From assembly GCA_963730185.1 (NCBI GenBank), contig CAVSQW010000012.1, positions 256,001 through 320,000 on the forward strand: DNA of 64,000 nt. Direction: 5' to 3'. A model generated the notes under the pieces. That model saw only the letters and a program-made list of their open reading frames with translations, searched no databases and was not told where the DNA came from. This DNA comes from an uncultured Gemmatimonadales bacterium. Lineage in GTDB: Bacteria; Gemmatimonadota; Gemmatimonadetes; Gemmatimonadales; GWC2-71-9. The translations under genes and the position numbers were made by a program. Numbering within the stretch: the first letter of the stretch is position 1; the number at the start of each line of letters is the position of its first letter. Below are positions 41,676-50,862 of this stretch, piece after piece.

Positions 41676-41853
41676 GAGCAAGCCGGAACGGTCGCTTCAG
41701 CCAAGCCCTTCGAGGGGCGATCGCGGGACCTGCGTCGCCCGCCCGAGAGCGGGCCCCTCGTCGGCGTAGGATCCTGGGGCTCCGGCTTCGGCCGGTTTCG
41801 CGCGGGCGCCCGCCGAGTTGCGACGTCGCCCGGGCGCGCCCCATCTTCCCCTC

Positions 41854-43029
41854 ATGGCCCACCCACCCAAGCTGGTCCCGGTCCCCCCGACCACGGGGGG
41901 CGAGGTCACGGTCGACCGCTCGCCCTTCTGGATCGGCTCGGCCTCGAGTGCGGCGCTCCGAGTGTTCCTGCCCTCCGTGGCGGAGCGACACGCCTCGATT
42001 CAAGAGCGGGAGGACGGTTACTACCTCTCGGCCCATCCCGGCGCCACCCCACCCAGGGTGAACGGGAGGCCGATCGCGGGTCCGGTGCGCCTGGAGGACG
42101 CGGCGGTCGTCGAGCTGGGCCCCACCGCCAAGTGGGAGTTCGTGACCGGCGCGCCGAGAATCCAGCCGGAGCCCGAGCCGGAGCCCGAGCCCGTCTACGA
42201 CGGATCGCCCGCACCCCGCGGCTGGGCCCGGAAGCGGCGGACCCGGTCGAGGCAGGTCGGCTTTCCCCTGTGGGCCATCGCGGTCGTGATCCTGATCGTC
42301 GGCGCCGTGGGCTACGGCGGCTACATGCTCTACCAGATGTTCAACTCGGTCCAAGGCGAGACCCGCGGGCCGCCGCCGCTCACCGAAGTCGAGGGCCGGC
42401 TCTACGACAGCCTGATGGTCGAAGCCACCAAGGACATCGAGCGAGGGTCCACGCTCCTCGACCTGGGCCTCCAGGACGCGGCGCTGACCCAGTTCACCAG
42501 CGCGATCGCCCTGTTCGAAACCAGCATTCTGGCCCGGAACGAGTGGGTCCGTCCCAGCATCGAGGCGCTGGTCGAGACGGTCCGGCGGATCTATCAGACC
42601 GACCGGGTCAACGTCCCGAACGCCCTGCCCGAGGCCCGCGGCAAGATCGCCGATCTGAGCCGAACCATGAGTGCGGCGCTGAGCCCCGATCAATTCAAGA
42701 CCGCGGTGGAGGTGGTCCAGCAGGCGTTCGACTCCAAGTTCGGGACGAAGTTCGTGGTGACCGGCGCCGACCATCCGGAGCACCTGTCGCTCTACGGGAA
42801 GGGCGGCGCGCTCGACATCCGGGTCAAAGACCTGACCCCGCCGGAAATCGACTTTCTGATCGAGAACTTCAAGGGAATCGGGATCCGGGTGAAGGACTTC
42901 TCCCGCGACGCCGTCCTCCAGGCGCAGATCCAGGCCGCTAAGGCACGCGGCTGGAGCGACCGGGCAGGAACCGGGCTCCATCTCCACATCGATCGGTTCC
43001 GGGATCGCCGGGACCGATGGACGGTGTGA
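41854..43029 (+). CDS. FHA-like domain / TM / putative Hedgehog-M15-like Zn peptidase membrane protein
   Basis: N-terminal degenerate FHA (IGS...AERHA...VNG...LEDAAVVELG); (PE)n linker; one TM helix; C-terminal EH..YGKGGALDI ... LHLHID. Confidence 0.6.
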   Translation: MAHPPKLVPVPPTTGGEVTVDRSPFWIGSASSAALRVFLPSVAERHASIQEREDGYYLSAHPGATPPRVNGRPIAGPVRLEDAAVVELGPTAKWEFVTGAPRIQPEPEPEPEPVYDGSPAPRGWARKRRTRSRQVGFPLWAIAVVILIVGAVGYGGYMLYQMFNSVQGETRGPPPLTEVEGRLYDSLMVEATKDIERGSTLLDLGLQDAALTQFTSAIALFETSILARNEWVRPSIEALVETVRRIYQTDRVNVPNALPEARGKIADLSRTMSAALSPDQFKTAVEVVQQAFDSKFGTKFVVTGADHPEHLSLYGKGGALDIRVKDLTPPEIDFLIENFKGIGIRVKDFSRDAVLQAQIQAAKARGWSDRAGTGLHLHIDRFRDRRDRWTV

Positions 43030-43118
43030 GGGGAGGGATGGAGGAGGGATGGGGAGGGATGGGGAGGATGGGGAGAGATGGGGAGAGATGGGGAGGGTGG
43101 GGGGGATGGGGGGAGGGG
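43030..43118 (+). repeat. G-rich polypurine tandem repeat (~10-nt GGGGAG(G/A)GAT units)
   Basis: About 8 imperfect copies directly after the stop codon, no C residues. Confidence 0.85.
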
Positions 43119-43172
43119 TTGCGCGAGGGGATGTTTGTCTCCATTGTAGTCAGTGACTACAATGGAGACACC

Positions 43173-43499
43173 ATGCCGACCCCGGTCTTTCTCGGCGAAT
43201 TCGAACAGTTCGTCCTCCTCGCCCTGCTCCGACTCGGCGACCGCCCCACCGCCATCGAGATCCGGGCCGAGCTCTCCGCGATCGCCGGCCGCCCGGTCGC
43301 GCGGGGAGCGCTCTACCGTACCCTCGACCGACTCGAAGCGAAGGGCTATGTCCGCTGGCGGATCGAGCCGGGCGACGCCAACCGGGCGGGGCAGCCGAAG
43401 CGGCGGTTCGAGGCGACGCCCCTGGCGGTCGGGACGCTGAAGGCGGCCCGCCGCACGCTCGAGGGACTCTGGGCCAGCGTGGAAGGGGTGCTCGGATGA
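43173..43499 (+). CDS. PadR family regulator
   Basis: LGEFEQFVLLALLRL, GALYRTLDRLEAKG and PKRRFE motifs. Confidence 0.9.
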   Translation: MPTPVFLGEFEQFVLLALLRLGDRPTAIEIRAELSAIAGRPVARGALYRTLDRLEAKGYVRWRIEPGDANRAGQPKRRFEATPLAVGTLKAARRTLEGLWASVEGVLG

Positions 43500-46096
43500 G
43501 CGCCCGGCCGCCGGTCCTGGCCCGGGCCTTCCTCTGGCTGACCCTGCCGAGCACGGTGGTCGGCGCGAGCATCGCGGGCGACCTGGAAGAGGAGTGGTCC
43601 GCGCGCCCGCGCGGCTGGGCCCGGGACGTCTGGTTCGCGGGTCAGGCGCTCGCGATCGGTCTTCGCTACCTACCCGCCGGCCGGCTCCGGGCCAACTGGG
43701 GCTCGGCCGGGTTGTTCAGGGACCTTCGAGCGGCCGTGAACGGCTGGCGCCGGTCGCCGCTCACCGTGAGCCTGGCGATCGGGGCGCTGGCGCTCGGGGT
43801 CGGCGCCAACACGGCGGTGTTCTCGGTGCTCCGCGGCGTGGTGCTCGCCCCCCTCCCCTACGACCACCCGGGCGACCTCTTCCGACTCTGGGACGGCACG
43901 GTGGTGAGCAAGGCGGTGTTCGACCGGAGCACCCGCGACGCCTCGGCCTTCACCGGACTATCAGCCGTCTACGAGACCCGCCAGACCATGGTGGACAACC
44001 GCGGCGAGCCGGAGTCGCTGCTCGGGCTCGCGGTCACGCCGTCGCACTTCACCGTGCTCGGTGTGCGACCGGCCCTGGGTCGCGACTTCCGCCCCGGCGA
44101 GTCCACTCCCGGCAACGATCGTCTGGTGATTCTCAGCGACGGGCTCTGGCGACGGCGGTTCGGCGCCGATCCCTCGGTGATCGGCCGGACCATCGAGCTC
44201 GGCGGCCAGCGGACCGTGATCGGGGTGATGGGGCGGCGGCACGAGCCTGTGATGGGCGGCATCACCTACTGGATTCCGATGGTGATGGACCGGTCGGACC
44301 TGGGCGATTGGGCCAACACCGCGCAACTCGGCGTCTACGGTCGGCGCCGGAGGGGCGTCTCGGCGGGCGCGGCGCAGGCCGACCTGACCCGGCTGGCCAC
44401 GCTGGTGCACGACGAGGCCCCGGTCGAGTACCCCGACGCCTGGGTCCGGGAGGCCCGCGCGACCCCGCTCCTGGCGTCGGTGGTCGGTCAGACCGGCCCC
44501 ACGCTCTGGGCGCTCCAGGGCGCCGTGCTGCTGGTCCTGCTCACCGGCATCGCGAACGTCACCAGCCTCCTCTTGGCCCGAGGCGCGGGACGCCGGACCG
44601 AGATCGCCGTGCGCTCGGCGCTGGGCGCGAGCCGGGGCCGGATCACGGCTCAGCTGGCAAGCGAGAGCGTGCTGGTCGGACTGGTGGCCGGCGCCGGCGG
44701 CCTCGCGATCGCGGTCGCGGCGCTCGGCGGCCTTCGCTCCGTCCTGCCCGGCGACACGCCTCGCCTCGAGGCGATCGGCCTCGATCCCGTGGTGGTGGCG
44801 TTCGCGATCGCGCTGTCGATCGGCGCCGGGCTCCTCTCGGGCATCGTCCCGGCCTTCCGTCTGTCGCACGACGGCACCAGCGGCATCGTGCGGGGCCGCC
44901 GGTCCACCGGGCACCGATCGGCCGCCCGGCTTCAGCTCGCCCTGGTGGCCGCGGAGATCGCGTTCGCCACCTTGCTCGCGACCGTGACCGCGCTGGTGCT
45001 CCAGAGCGGATGGAATGCGAACCGGGCGCCGCTCGGCTTCGAACCTCGCGCCGTGCTCACCCTCCGGCTCCGTCCGTCGGCCGCGAGGTATCCCACCGAC
45101 CGGGCCCGGGTCGCGTTCTTCGAGCAGGCGCTGGCGCGGGTTCGGGCTCTTCCCGGGGTTCGGTCCGCCGGGGCGGTGAGCCTGCTTCCGATGCAGACTA
45201 CCCAGCCACCGTCGACGGTCTATCGCCCGGTGGATCGCGACCCGGGCGCCGGGGGTCGGACCTTCGCGCAGATGAATCTCGCGTTTCCCGGAACGCTCGA
45301 GACGCTCGGCATCGGCCTGGTGCGGGGTCGGACGCTGGCGCCGACCGACCGGGACGACGCCCCGCCGGTGGTGGTGGTGAACGAAGCGCTGGCCCGGGCG
45401 GCCTGGGGCACCACCGACGTGGTTGGCAAGGAGCTCGAGCTCTTCGGCGGCGATACCCGCTACCAGGTGATCGGGGTCGCGGGGGATGTTCGAGTCGTGT
45501 CGCCCGAGACCCCCGCGGCGCCGGCGTTCTACGTGGCCTACCCGCAGGCGGCCTGGTGGCCGTCGCTCGCGATCGTCGCCCGAACCGAGACCGATCCGGG
45601 CGGATACGGCGCCGCGGCCAGGGCCGCGGTGTGGGAGGTCGACCCGACCACTCCGGTCGAGGTCGCTCCCCTTCGGTCGCTGGTCGCCGAGTCGCGGGCG
45701 AACGCCATCCTGGTCGGCCGGCTCCTGCTCCTGTTCGGGGGTCTGGCGCTGCTTCTCGGCCTGGTCGGCGTCTATGGCGTCGTGGCACACCTGGTCTCGG
45801 CCCGGCACCGGGAGCTCGGCATCCGGCTGGCGCTCGGGGCCCGGGGAAGCCGGATGATCGGCCAGGAGCTGGCTCGGGCCGCGGCCACCGCCGGCCTCGG
45901 GGTTCTGATCGGCCTGGGTGGGGCGGTGCTGGCCGGTCGGCTCTACGCGAAGGTCTTGTACCGGATCTCGCCGACCGACCCGCTCACGCTGGTCGGCGTG
46001 GCGGTGGCGCTGCTGGTGGTGGCGCTCGGCGCCGCCACCGGACCGGCGCGGCGGGCCGCCCGGATCGACCCGATGCAGGTCCTGCGGTCGGAGTAG
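43496..46096 (+). CDS. ADOP-type duplicated ABC permease
   Basis: IAGDLEEEW, LALGVGANTAVFS, EIAVRSALGASRGR and ELGIRLALGA motifs; ATGA overlap with PadR. Confidence 0.92.
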   Translation: MSARPPVLARAFLWLTLPSTVVGASIAGDLEEEWSARPRGWARDVWFAGQALAIGLRYLPAGRLRANWGSAGLFRDLRAAVNGWRRSPLTVSLAIGALALGVGANTAVFSVLRGVVLAPLPYDHPGDLFRLWDGTVVSKAVFDRSTRDASAFTGLSAVYETRQTMVDNRGEPESLLGLAVTPSHFTVLGVRPALGRDFRPGESTPGNDRLVILSDGLWRRRFGADPSVIGRTIELGGQRTVIGVMGRRHEPVMGGITYWIPMVMDRSDLGDWANTAQLGVYGRRRRGVSAGAAQADLTRLATLVHDEAPVEYPDAWVREARATPLLASVVGQTGPTLWALQGAVLLVLLTGIANVTSLLLARGAGRRTEIAVRSALGASRGRITAQLASESVLVGLVAGAGGLAIAVAALGGLRSVLPGDTPRLEAIGLDPVVVAFAIALSIGAGLLSGIVPAFRLSHDGTSGIVRGRRSTGHRSAARLQLALVAAEIAFATLLATVTALVLQSGWNANRAPLGFEPRAVLTLRLRPSAARYPTDRARVAFFEQALARVRALPGVRSAGAVSLLPMQTTQPPSTVYRPVDRDPGAGGRTFAQMNLAFPGTLETLGIGLVRGRTLAPTDRDDAPPVVVVNEALARAAWGTTDVVGKELELFGGDTRYQVIGVAGDVRVVSPETPAAPAFYVAYPQAAWWPSLAIVARTETDPGGYGAAARAAVWEVDPTTPVEVAPLRSLVAESRANAILVGRLLLLFGGLALLLGLVGVYGVVAHLVSARHRELGIRLALGARGSRMIGQELARAAATAGLGVLIGLGGAVLAGRLYAKVLYRISPTDPLTLVGVAVALLVVALGAATGPARRAARIDPMQVLRSE

Positions 46097-46102
46097 GTCG
46101 AG

Positions 46103-46933
46103 TCAGAAGGTCGCGATCAGGGTGGCGGCGGTCTCGGGCCGTCGGGCCGGGTCGGCGTCCAGAGCCCGGGTTACGAAATCCTCCAACGCCCGGGAGCCGG
46201 TCCAACGACGGGCCGCGAGCGGCACGGCCGGCTCCCCGGCGACGATCCGGGCCCGGTAGGCCGCGTCGGACTCGCCGGGGCCGAGGTCGTGAGGCAGGTG
46301 CCCCGTAAGGAGCTCGTACAGCGTGGCGCCGAGACCGTACAGGTCCACCGCCGGGGAAGCATCGATCGGGGCCGCCAGCAGCTCCGGCGCGGCGTAGCCC
46401 AACGTTCCCACCGCTTCCTCGACCCAGCCCAACGGCAGGCCCCGCGGGGGGTGCCCGGTCGCGGCCACCCCCAGGTCCGCCAGCCGGACCGATCCGTCGT
46501 CCATCACCAGGACGTTACTCGGCTTGACGTCCCGGTGAAGCACGCCATGCTCGTGGAGCCAGGACAGAGCCTCACTCAGCTGTTTCGCGATGGCGGTCAC
46601 CGCGGGCTCGGGGAGCGGCACCGCCGCCGCGTCGCGCCCCCGGGGGTGGAGCCGATCGCGGAGACTGCCGCCGCCGGCCCATTCCAGGACCGTGAGCGGC
46701 GGTTCGTCGACGGCGTCGAAGCAGCGAATCAGGGAATGCGACCCGCCCAGCCGGGTCAGGAGCTCGCGCTCCAGCCTGAAGCGGAAGACGGCTTCGGGGG
46801 CGTCGTCGCGGGGGTGGAACCGCTTGAGCGCTACGCGCCCGCCGTTCGGCGCGAGGGCGTCCCAGACTTCGGTCGTGCCGCGTCCGGAATCGAGCCGGCG
46901 GCGGAGCGTGTAGCCGGCGGTCGAGCCGGACAC
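46103..46933 (-). CDS. Hanks-type Ser/Thr protein kinase (catalytic domain only)
   Basis: VALK, HRDVKPSN, DLG, GTLGYAAPE and DLYGLG motifs; last gene of the T6SS-like operon. Confidence 0.92.
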   Translation of the reverse strand: MSGSTAGYTLRRRLDSGRGTTEVWDALAPNGGRVALKRFHPRDDAPEAVFRFRLERELLTRLGGSHSLIRCFDAVDEPPLTVLEWAGGGSLRDRLHPRGRDAAAVPLPEPAVTAIAKQLSEALSWLHEHGVLHRDVKPSNVLVMDDGSVRLADLGVAATGHPPRGLPLGWVEEAVGTLGYAAPELLAAPIDASPAVDLYGLGATLYELLTGHLPHDLGPGESDAAYRARIVAGEPAVPLAARRWTGSRALEDFVTRALDADPARRPETAATLIATF

Positions 46934-46943
46934 CAGGATCCGT

Positions 46944-48098
46944 TCAGGTGTGGAGGAACTTGAGCCGGGACACCTCGGCGACGGTGATCTCGTCGCCGTC
47001 GTCGAGCCGGTAGTGCTCGCCCCGCTTGACCGGCTTGCCGTTCAGCGCGGTGCCGTTCATGCTTGCGTCGACCAGGTAGTAGTCCCCTTCCTTGCGGAGC
47101 AGGGTGCAGTGGAAGCGCGACACGAGCGCGCCCGAGTCGCTCACCACCAGGTCGTTCTTCTCGTCCTCACCCGGCCCCTGCGCCGCGCCGATCTTGAAGA
47201 CGCCCTTCTCGCGGTCGATCGTCACCAGCTTGCCCCGGCCGATGCCGTCGACGATCTGGAGCACGGCGGCCCGCTTGGCGGCCAGCTCGTCGGCCTTGCG
47301 CTGGCGCTCCTCGCGGTACTTGGCGCCCCAGCGCACCACGAGCACCAGCCCCGCCGCCAGGATGATCAGCACCGGCACGATGTAGAGCGCCTGGCGCTTG
47401 AGGTCGTCCATCCGCTTCGAGCGCTGGAGCTCGGACATGAGGCTCTTGGCCTCGGGATGGTTGGGATCCTGCTGAAGGACGGCGCCGAGGTGCTGCTCGG
47501 CGCTGGCCCAGTTCTTCGCGTTGATGTCGGCCCGGGCGGCACCGAGATGCGAGCGCACCACCTCGGTGGACTGCTGATCCGCCTTGCCGGCCTCGAGCGC
47601 CCTCGATCGGGCGGTCTGGAGGTCGTTCTGGGCCTGCTGGAGCCGCTGCTGGGCGACCTGGTTCTGGGGGTCGCGGAACACCACCTGGAGCCAGCGTTGG
47701 ATCCGCTCGTTGATGTGGGCGGTGGTGGTGTCGTCGGCGACGTCGGCGGCGATGGCCTGCTGGATGGCCTGGTCGAGCGCGGCTTTCTCCTCCGGCGAGA
47801 GCGTCCCGGCCGCGGCAGCGCTGGGCATAATCTGGGCCGGTGGCGCCTGCAGCTTGAGCGCCGGGGCGGCCGAGTCGGCCTGCTTGGCGCCCGAGTCGGC
47901 CTTGGGGCCGGCGGTCGGGGCCTGGACCGCGGGCGAGGCGCCGGGCGCCGGCGCCTCGGCCGGCGGCTTCTGAGCGGCCGCCGGCTCCTTCTTCTTCTTC
48001 TTGAAGAACGGCAGCGGGATCTGGGCGCTGGCCTCGGGGGCCAGGGCCAGCGCGAGCACCAGGCCCAGGAGCGTTGCCCGTTTGGTCGTGGTGGTCAT
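46944..48098 (-). CDS. Membrane-spanning protein: signal peptide, Ala/Pro linker, TPR-like periplasmic region, TM, cytoplasmic FHA
   Basis: MTTTTKRATLLGLVLALALAPEASAQ; VLQQDPNHPEAK TPR-like; TM ALYIVPVLIILAAGLVLVV; FHA VSRFH...SMNGT...LDDGDEI; ATGA overlap with the Clp gene. Confidence 0.8.
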   Translation of the reverse strand: MTTTTKRATLLGLVLALALAPEASAQIPLPFFKKKKKEPAAAQKPPAEAPAPGASPAVQAPTAGPKADSGAKQADSAAPALKLQAPPAQIMPSAAAAGTLSPEEKAALDQAIQQAIAADVADDTTTAHINERIQRWLQVVFRDPQNQVAQQRLQQAQNDLQTARSRALEAGKADQQSTEVVRSHLGAARADINAKNWASAEQHLGAVLQQDPNHPEAKSLMSELQRSKRMDDLKRQALYIVPVLIILAAGLVLVVRWGAKYREERQRKADELAAKRAAVLQIVDGIGRGKLVTIDREKGVFKIGAAQGPGEDEKNDLVVSDSGALVSRFHCTLLRKEGDYYLVDASMNGTALNGKPVKRGEHYRLDDGDEITVAEVSRLKFLHT

Positions 48099-50848
48099 GA
48101 GACCCCCTCCGGCTGACCTCCCTCGGCGGCGCCGGCAGCCGCGCCGGTGGCGGCGTCGGCAGCCGCGCCGGTGGCGGCGTCGGCAGCCGCGCCGGTGGCA
48201 GCGTCGGCGGCTGCCGCCGCTTCCGCCGCCGCCGCTTCACGCTCGGCTTTGAGGCGCGCGGCCTCGTCCTCGACTTCCTTCGGCTCGCCGGCCAGGAGCG
48301 CGATCTCCTCGCCGTCCGGCACCACGCGGACCGCCATGCCGGGCCCCACGTCGCCCGCGATGATGAGTCGCGAGAGCGGGCTCAGGATGTGGCGATCGAT
48401 GGTCCGCTCCACCGGCCGGGCACCATAGACCGGATCGTAGGCCAGCCGGGCCAGGAGCGCCACGGCCTCGTCGTCGGCGTCGAGGGTCGCCTTGTGCTGA
48501 TCGAACAGCTGCCCGGCCAGGCTCTTGAGGTGCATCCGGACGATGACCTCCAGGGTGTCCTGCCCGAGCTCGTTGAACGGGATGACGCCGGACAGCCGGT
48601 TGAAGAGCTCGGGGCGGAGCGAGTCCTGCACCACCTTGAGGATGATCTCCTTCCGCTGCTCCGCGTCCTGGGCGACCGCGTTGGCTTCCTTCACGCCGAG
48701 GTTCGAGGTCAGCAGCACGATGGTGTTGGTGAAGTCGCAGAACCGGCCCTTGGCGTCGGTCAGTCGGCCTTCGTCCAGCACGCCGAGCAGGATGTCGATC
48801 ACCTCGGGATGGCCCTTTTCGATCTCGTCGAAGAGCACCACCGAGTAGGGCGAGCGGCGGACCTGTTCGGTCAGGAAACCGCCCTGCTCCGAGCCCACCA
48901 ACCCTGGCCGGGAGCCGATCAGGCCCGACACCGACCCGGAGTCCTTGTACTCCGCCATGTCGATCCGGATCAGGGCGCTCTCGTCGTCGAACAGCGCTTC
49001 GGCCAGGCCTTTGGCCAGCTCCGTCTTACCGACGCCGGTCGGGCCCACGAACAGAAACGAGGCGGGCTTCCGCTTCTTCCGGAGGTCGGTCCGCATCCGG
49101 CGGGCCGCTTCGGCCAGCGCGTCGACGGCGTCCTGCTGGCCGATCACCCGATCGGCGAGGCGTTCCTCGAGCTTGAGAAGCCGCTCGCGTTCGCTCTCCA
49201 TCATCCGCGAGATGGGGATCCCCGCCCGTCGCGCCACCACGTCGGCGATGTCGGTGGGACGCACCTCCTGGGGCACGAGGGGTCCGGCCTCGTTGACCTT
49301 GGCCTGGCGCTTCTCGAGGTCGGCCTCCTGCTCCTTGAGGAACTTGAGCGCGCCGTAGCGGATCTCGGCCGCGGCCGCCACGTCGCCGGAGGCCTCGGCC
49401 TGGGCCAGCTCGGCGTCTTTCTCCTGGATGGCTTTCCGGGTCTCCGCGAGGCCGGTGGTGACCGCCCGCTCTTCGTTCCACCGTTCCAGGATGCCGGCCA
49501 GCTCCGACTCGGCCGCCTTGACCTCTGTGGCCACGGCCTTGGGGTCGCCCTCGCCGCCGCCCTTGATCGCCTCGAGCCTGGCTTTGAGCCGGACCAGGGC
49601 CCGTTCCTTCTCGTCGATCAGGTTGGGCTTGGACTCGAGCTGCATCCGGAGCCGGGCGGCGGCCTCGTCGAGGATGTCGAACGCCTTGTCCGGGAAGAAG
49701 CGGTCGCGGAGGTGGCGGCGGGCCAACTTGACGGTGGCCTGGAGCGCGTCCTCGGTGATCCGAACCCCGTGGTGGGTCTCGTACTTGCTCTTGACGCCCC
49801 GGAGCATGGCCAGGGTCATCTCATCGTCGGGCTCCTCGACCACGATCCGCTCGAAGCGGCGGGCCAGGGCGCCGTCCTTCTCGATCGACTCGCGATACTC
49901 GTCGAAGGTCGAGGCCCCGACGCACTTGATCTCGCCCCGGGAGAGGGCCGGCTTGAGGATGTTGGCGGCGTCCATCCCGCCGGCGTTGCCGCCGGCGCCG
50001 ACCAGCGTGTGGATCTCGTCGAGGAAGAGGATCACGTCGGGCTGATCCTTCACCTCGTCGGCCACCGCCTTGATCCGCTCCTCGAATTCGCCCCGGTACT
50101 TGGCGCCGGCCACGAGGCCGGTCAGGTCCAGGGCGAGGAGGCGCGCGGCCCGGAGCGACTCCGGCACGTCGCCGGCCACGATCCGGAGCGCCAGGGCCTC
50201 GACCACCGCGGTCTTGCCGGTGCCGGGGTCGCCCACCAGCACCGGGTTACTCTTGGTCCGCCGAAGCAGGGTCTGTACGACTGAGCGGATCTCGATGTCA
50301 CGCCCGATCACCGGCATCAGCTTGCCGTCACGCGCCGCCTGGGTCAGGTCGCGGGTGAATCGCTCGAGGGTGCTGCCGCCTTCGCCGGGCTGCTCCTCGG
50401 TGGGCTGCATCACCTCGGGCGAGTCGAGCGCGGCGCCGAGGCGGTCGGCGGCCCAACCGCTGTCGCGGAGCGCGGGACCGAGGTCTCCCTGATCCGACCC
50501 GAGCGCGGCGAGGGCGACTTCGATGGGGCCGATGGTGTGGCCGCCGCGCTGGTCGGCCTGGGCGGTGGCCCGGTCGAGCAGGTCGCGGAGAGTCCGGCCG
50601 GCCACCGGCTGGCGGCCCGGCTCGAGCTTGACCGAGTCGGGCCCATCGGGCAGCGACTCGACCCGCCGAGCGGTGGCCGCCGCGTCGACCCCGAGCTTCC
50701 CGGCCAGCCGGCCGAGACCGCCCTTGGGATCGAGGAGGGCCAGCAGCAGGTGCTTGGCCTGGATGAAGGCGGCGCCCTGGCGGGCGGCGAGCCGCCGCGA
50801 TTCCTCCAGGGCCGCCGTCAGATCCATCGAAAGTCGGTTCAAATCCAT
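48095..50848 (-). CDS. tssH: Hsp100/Clp AAA+ ATPase in the T6SS operon (TssH position, ClpB-like architecture)
   Basis: Clp N-domain; GDPGTGKT / LFLDEIH; GPTGVGKT / LFDEIEK; coiled-coil middle domain; located between tssK and the FHA gene. Confidence 0.85.
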   Translation of the reverse strand: MDLNRLSMDLTAALEESRRLAARQGAAFIQAKHLLLALLDPKGGLGRLAGKLGVDAAATARRVESLPDGPDSVKLEPGRQPVAGRTLRDLLDRATAQADQRGGHTIGPIEVALAALGSDQGDLGPALRDSGWAADRLGAALDSPEVMQPTEEQPGEGGSTLERFTRDLTQAARDGKLMPVIGRDIEIRSVVQTLLRRTKSNPVLVGDPGTGKTAVVEALALRIVAGDVPESLRAARLLALDLTGLVAGAKYRGEFEERIKAVADEVKDQPDVILFLDEIHTLVGAGGNAGGMDAANILKPALSRGEIKCVGASTFDEYRESIEKDGALARRFERIVVEEPDDEMTLAMLRGVKSKYETHHGVRITEDALQATVKLARRHLRDRFFPDKAFDILDEAAARLRMQLESKPNLIDEKERALVRLKARLEAIKGGGEGDPKAVATEVKAAESELAGILERWNEERAVTTGLAETRKAIQEKDAELAQAEASGDVAAAAEIRYGALKFLKEQEADLEKRQAKVNEAGPLVPQEVRPTDIADVVARRAGIPISRMMESERERLLKLEERLADRVIGQQDAVDALAEAARRMRTDLRKKRKPASFLFVGPTGVGKTELAKGLAEALFDDESALIRIDMAEYKDSGSVSGLIGSRPGLVGSEQGGFLTEQVRRSPYSVVLFDEIEKGHPEVIDILLGVLDEGRLTDAKGRFCDFTNTIVLLTSNLGVKEANAVAQDAEQRKEIILKVVQDSLRPELFNRLSGVIPFNELGQDTLEVIVRMHLKSLAGQLFDQHKATLDADDEAVALLARLAYDPVYGARPVERTIDRHILSPLSRLIIAGDVGPGMAVRVVPDGEEIALLAGEPKEVEDEAARLKAEREAAAAEAAAAADAATGAAADAATGAAADAATGAAAGAAEGGQPEGVS
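48133..48204. repeat. 3 x 24-bp in-frame tandem repeat (DAATGAAA) in the Clp ATPase tail
   Basis: CGGCAGCCGCGCCGGTGGC(G/A)GCGT at 48133, 48157 and 48181. Confidence 0.9.
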
Positions 50849-50862
50849 GGAGTGGTCCCTGC

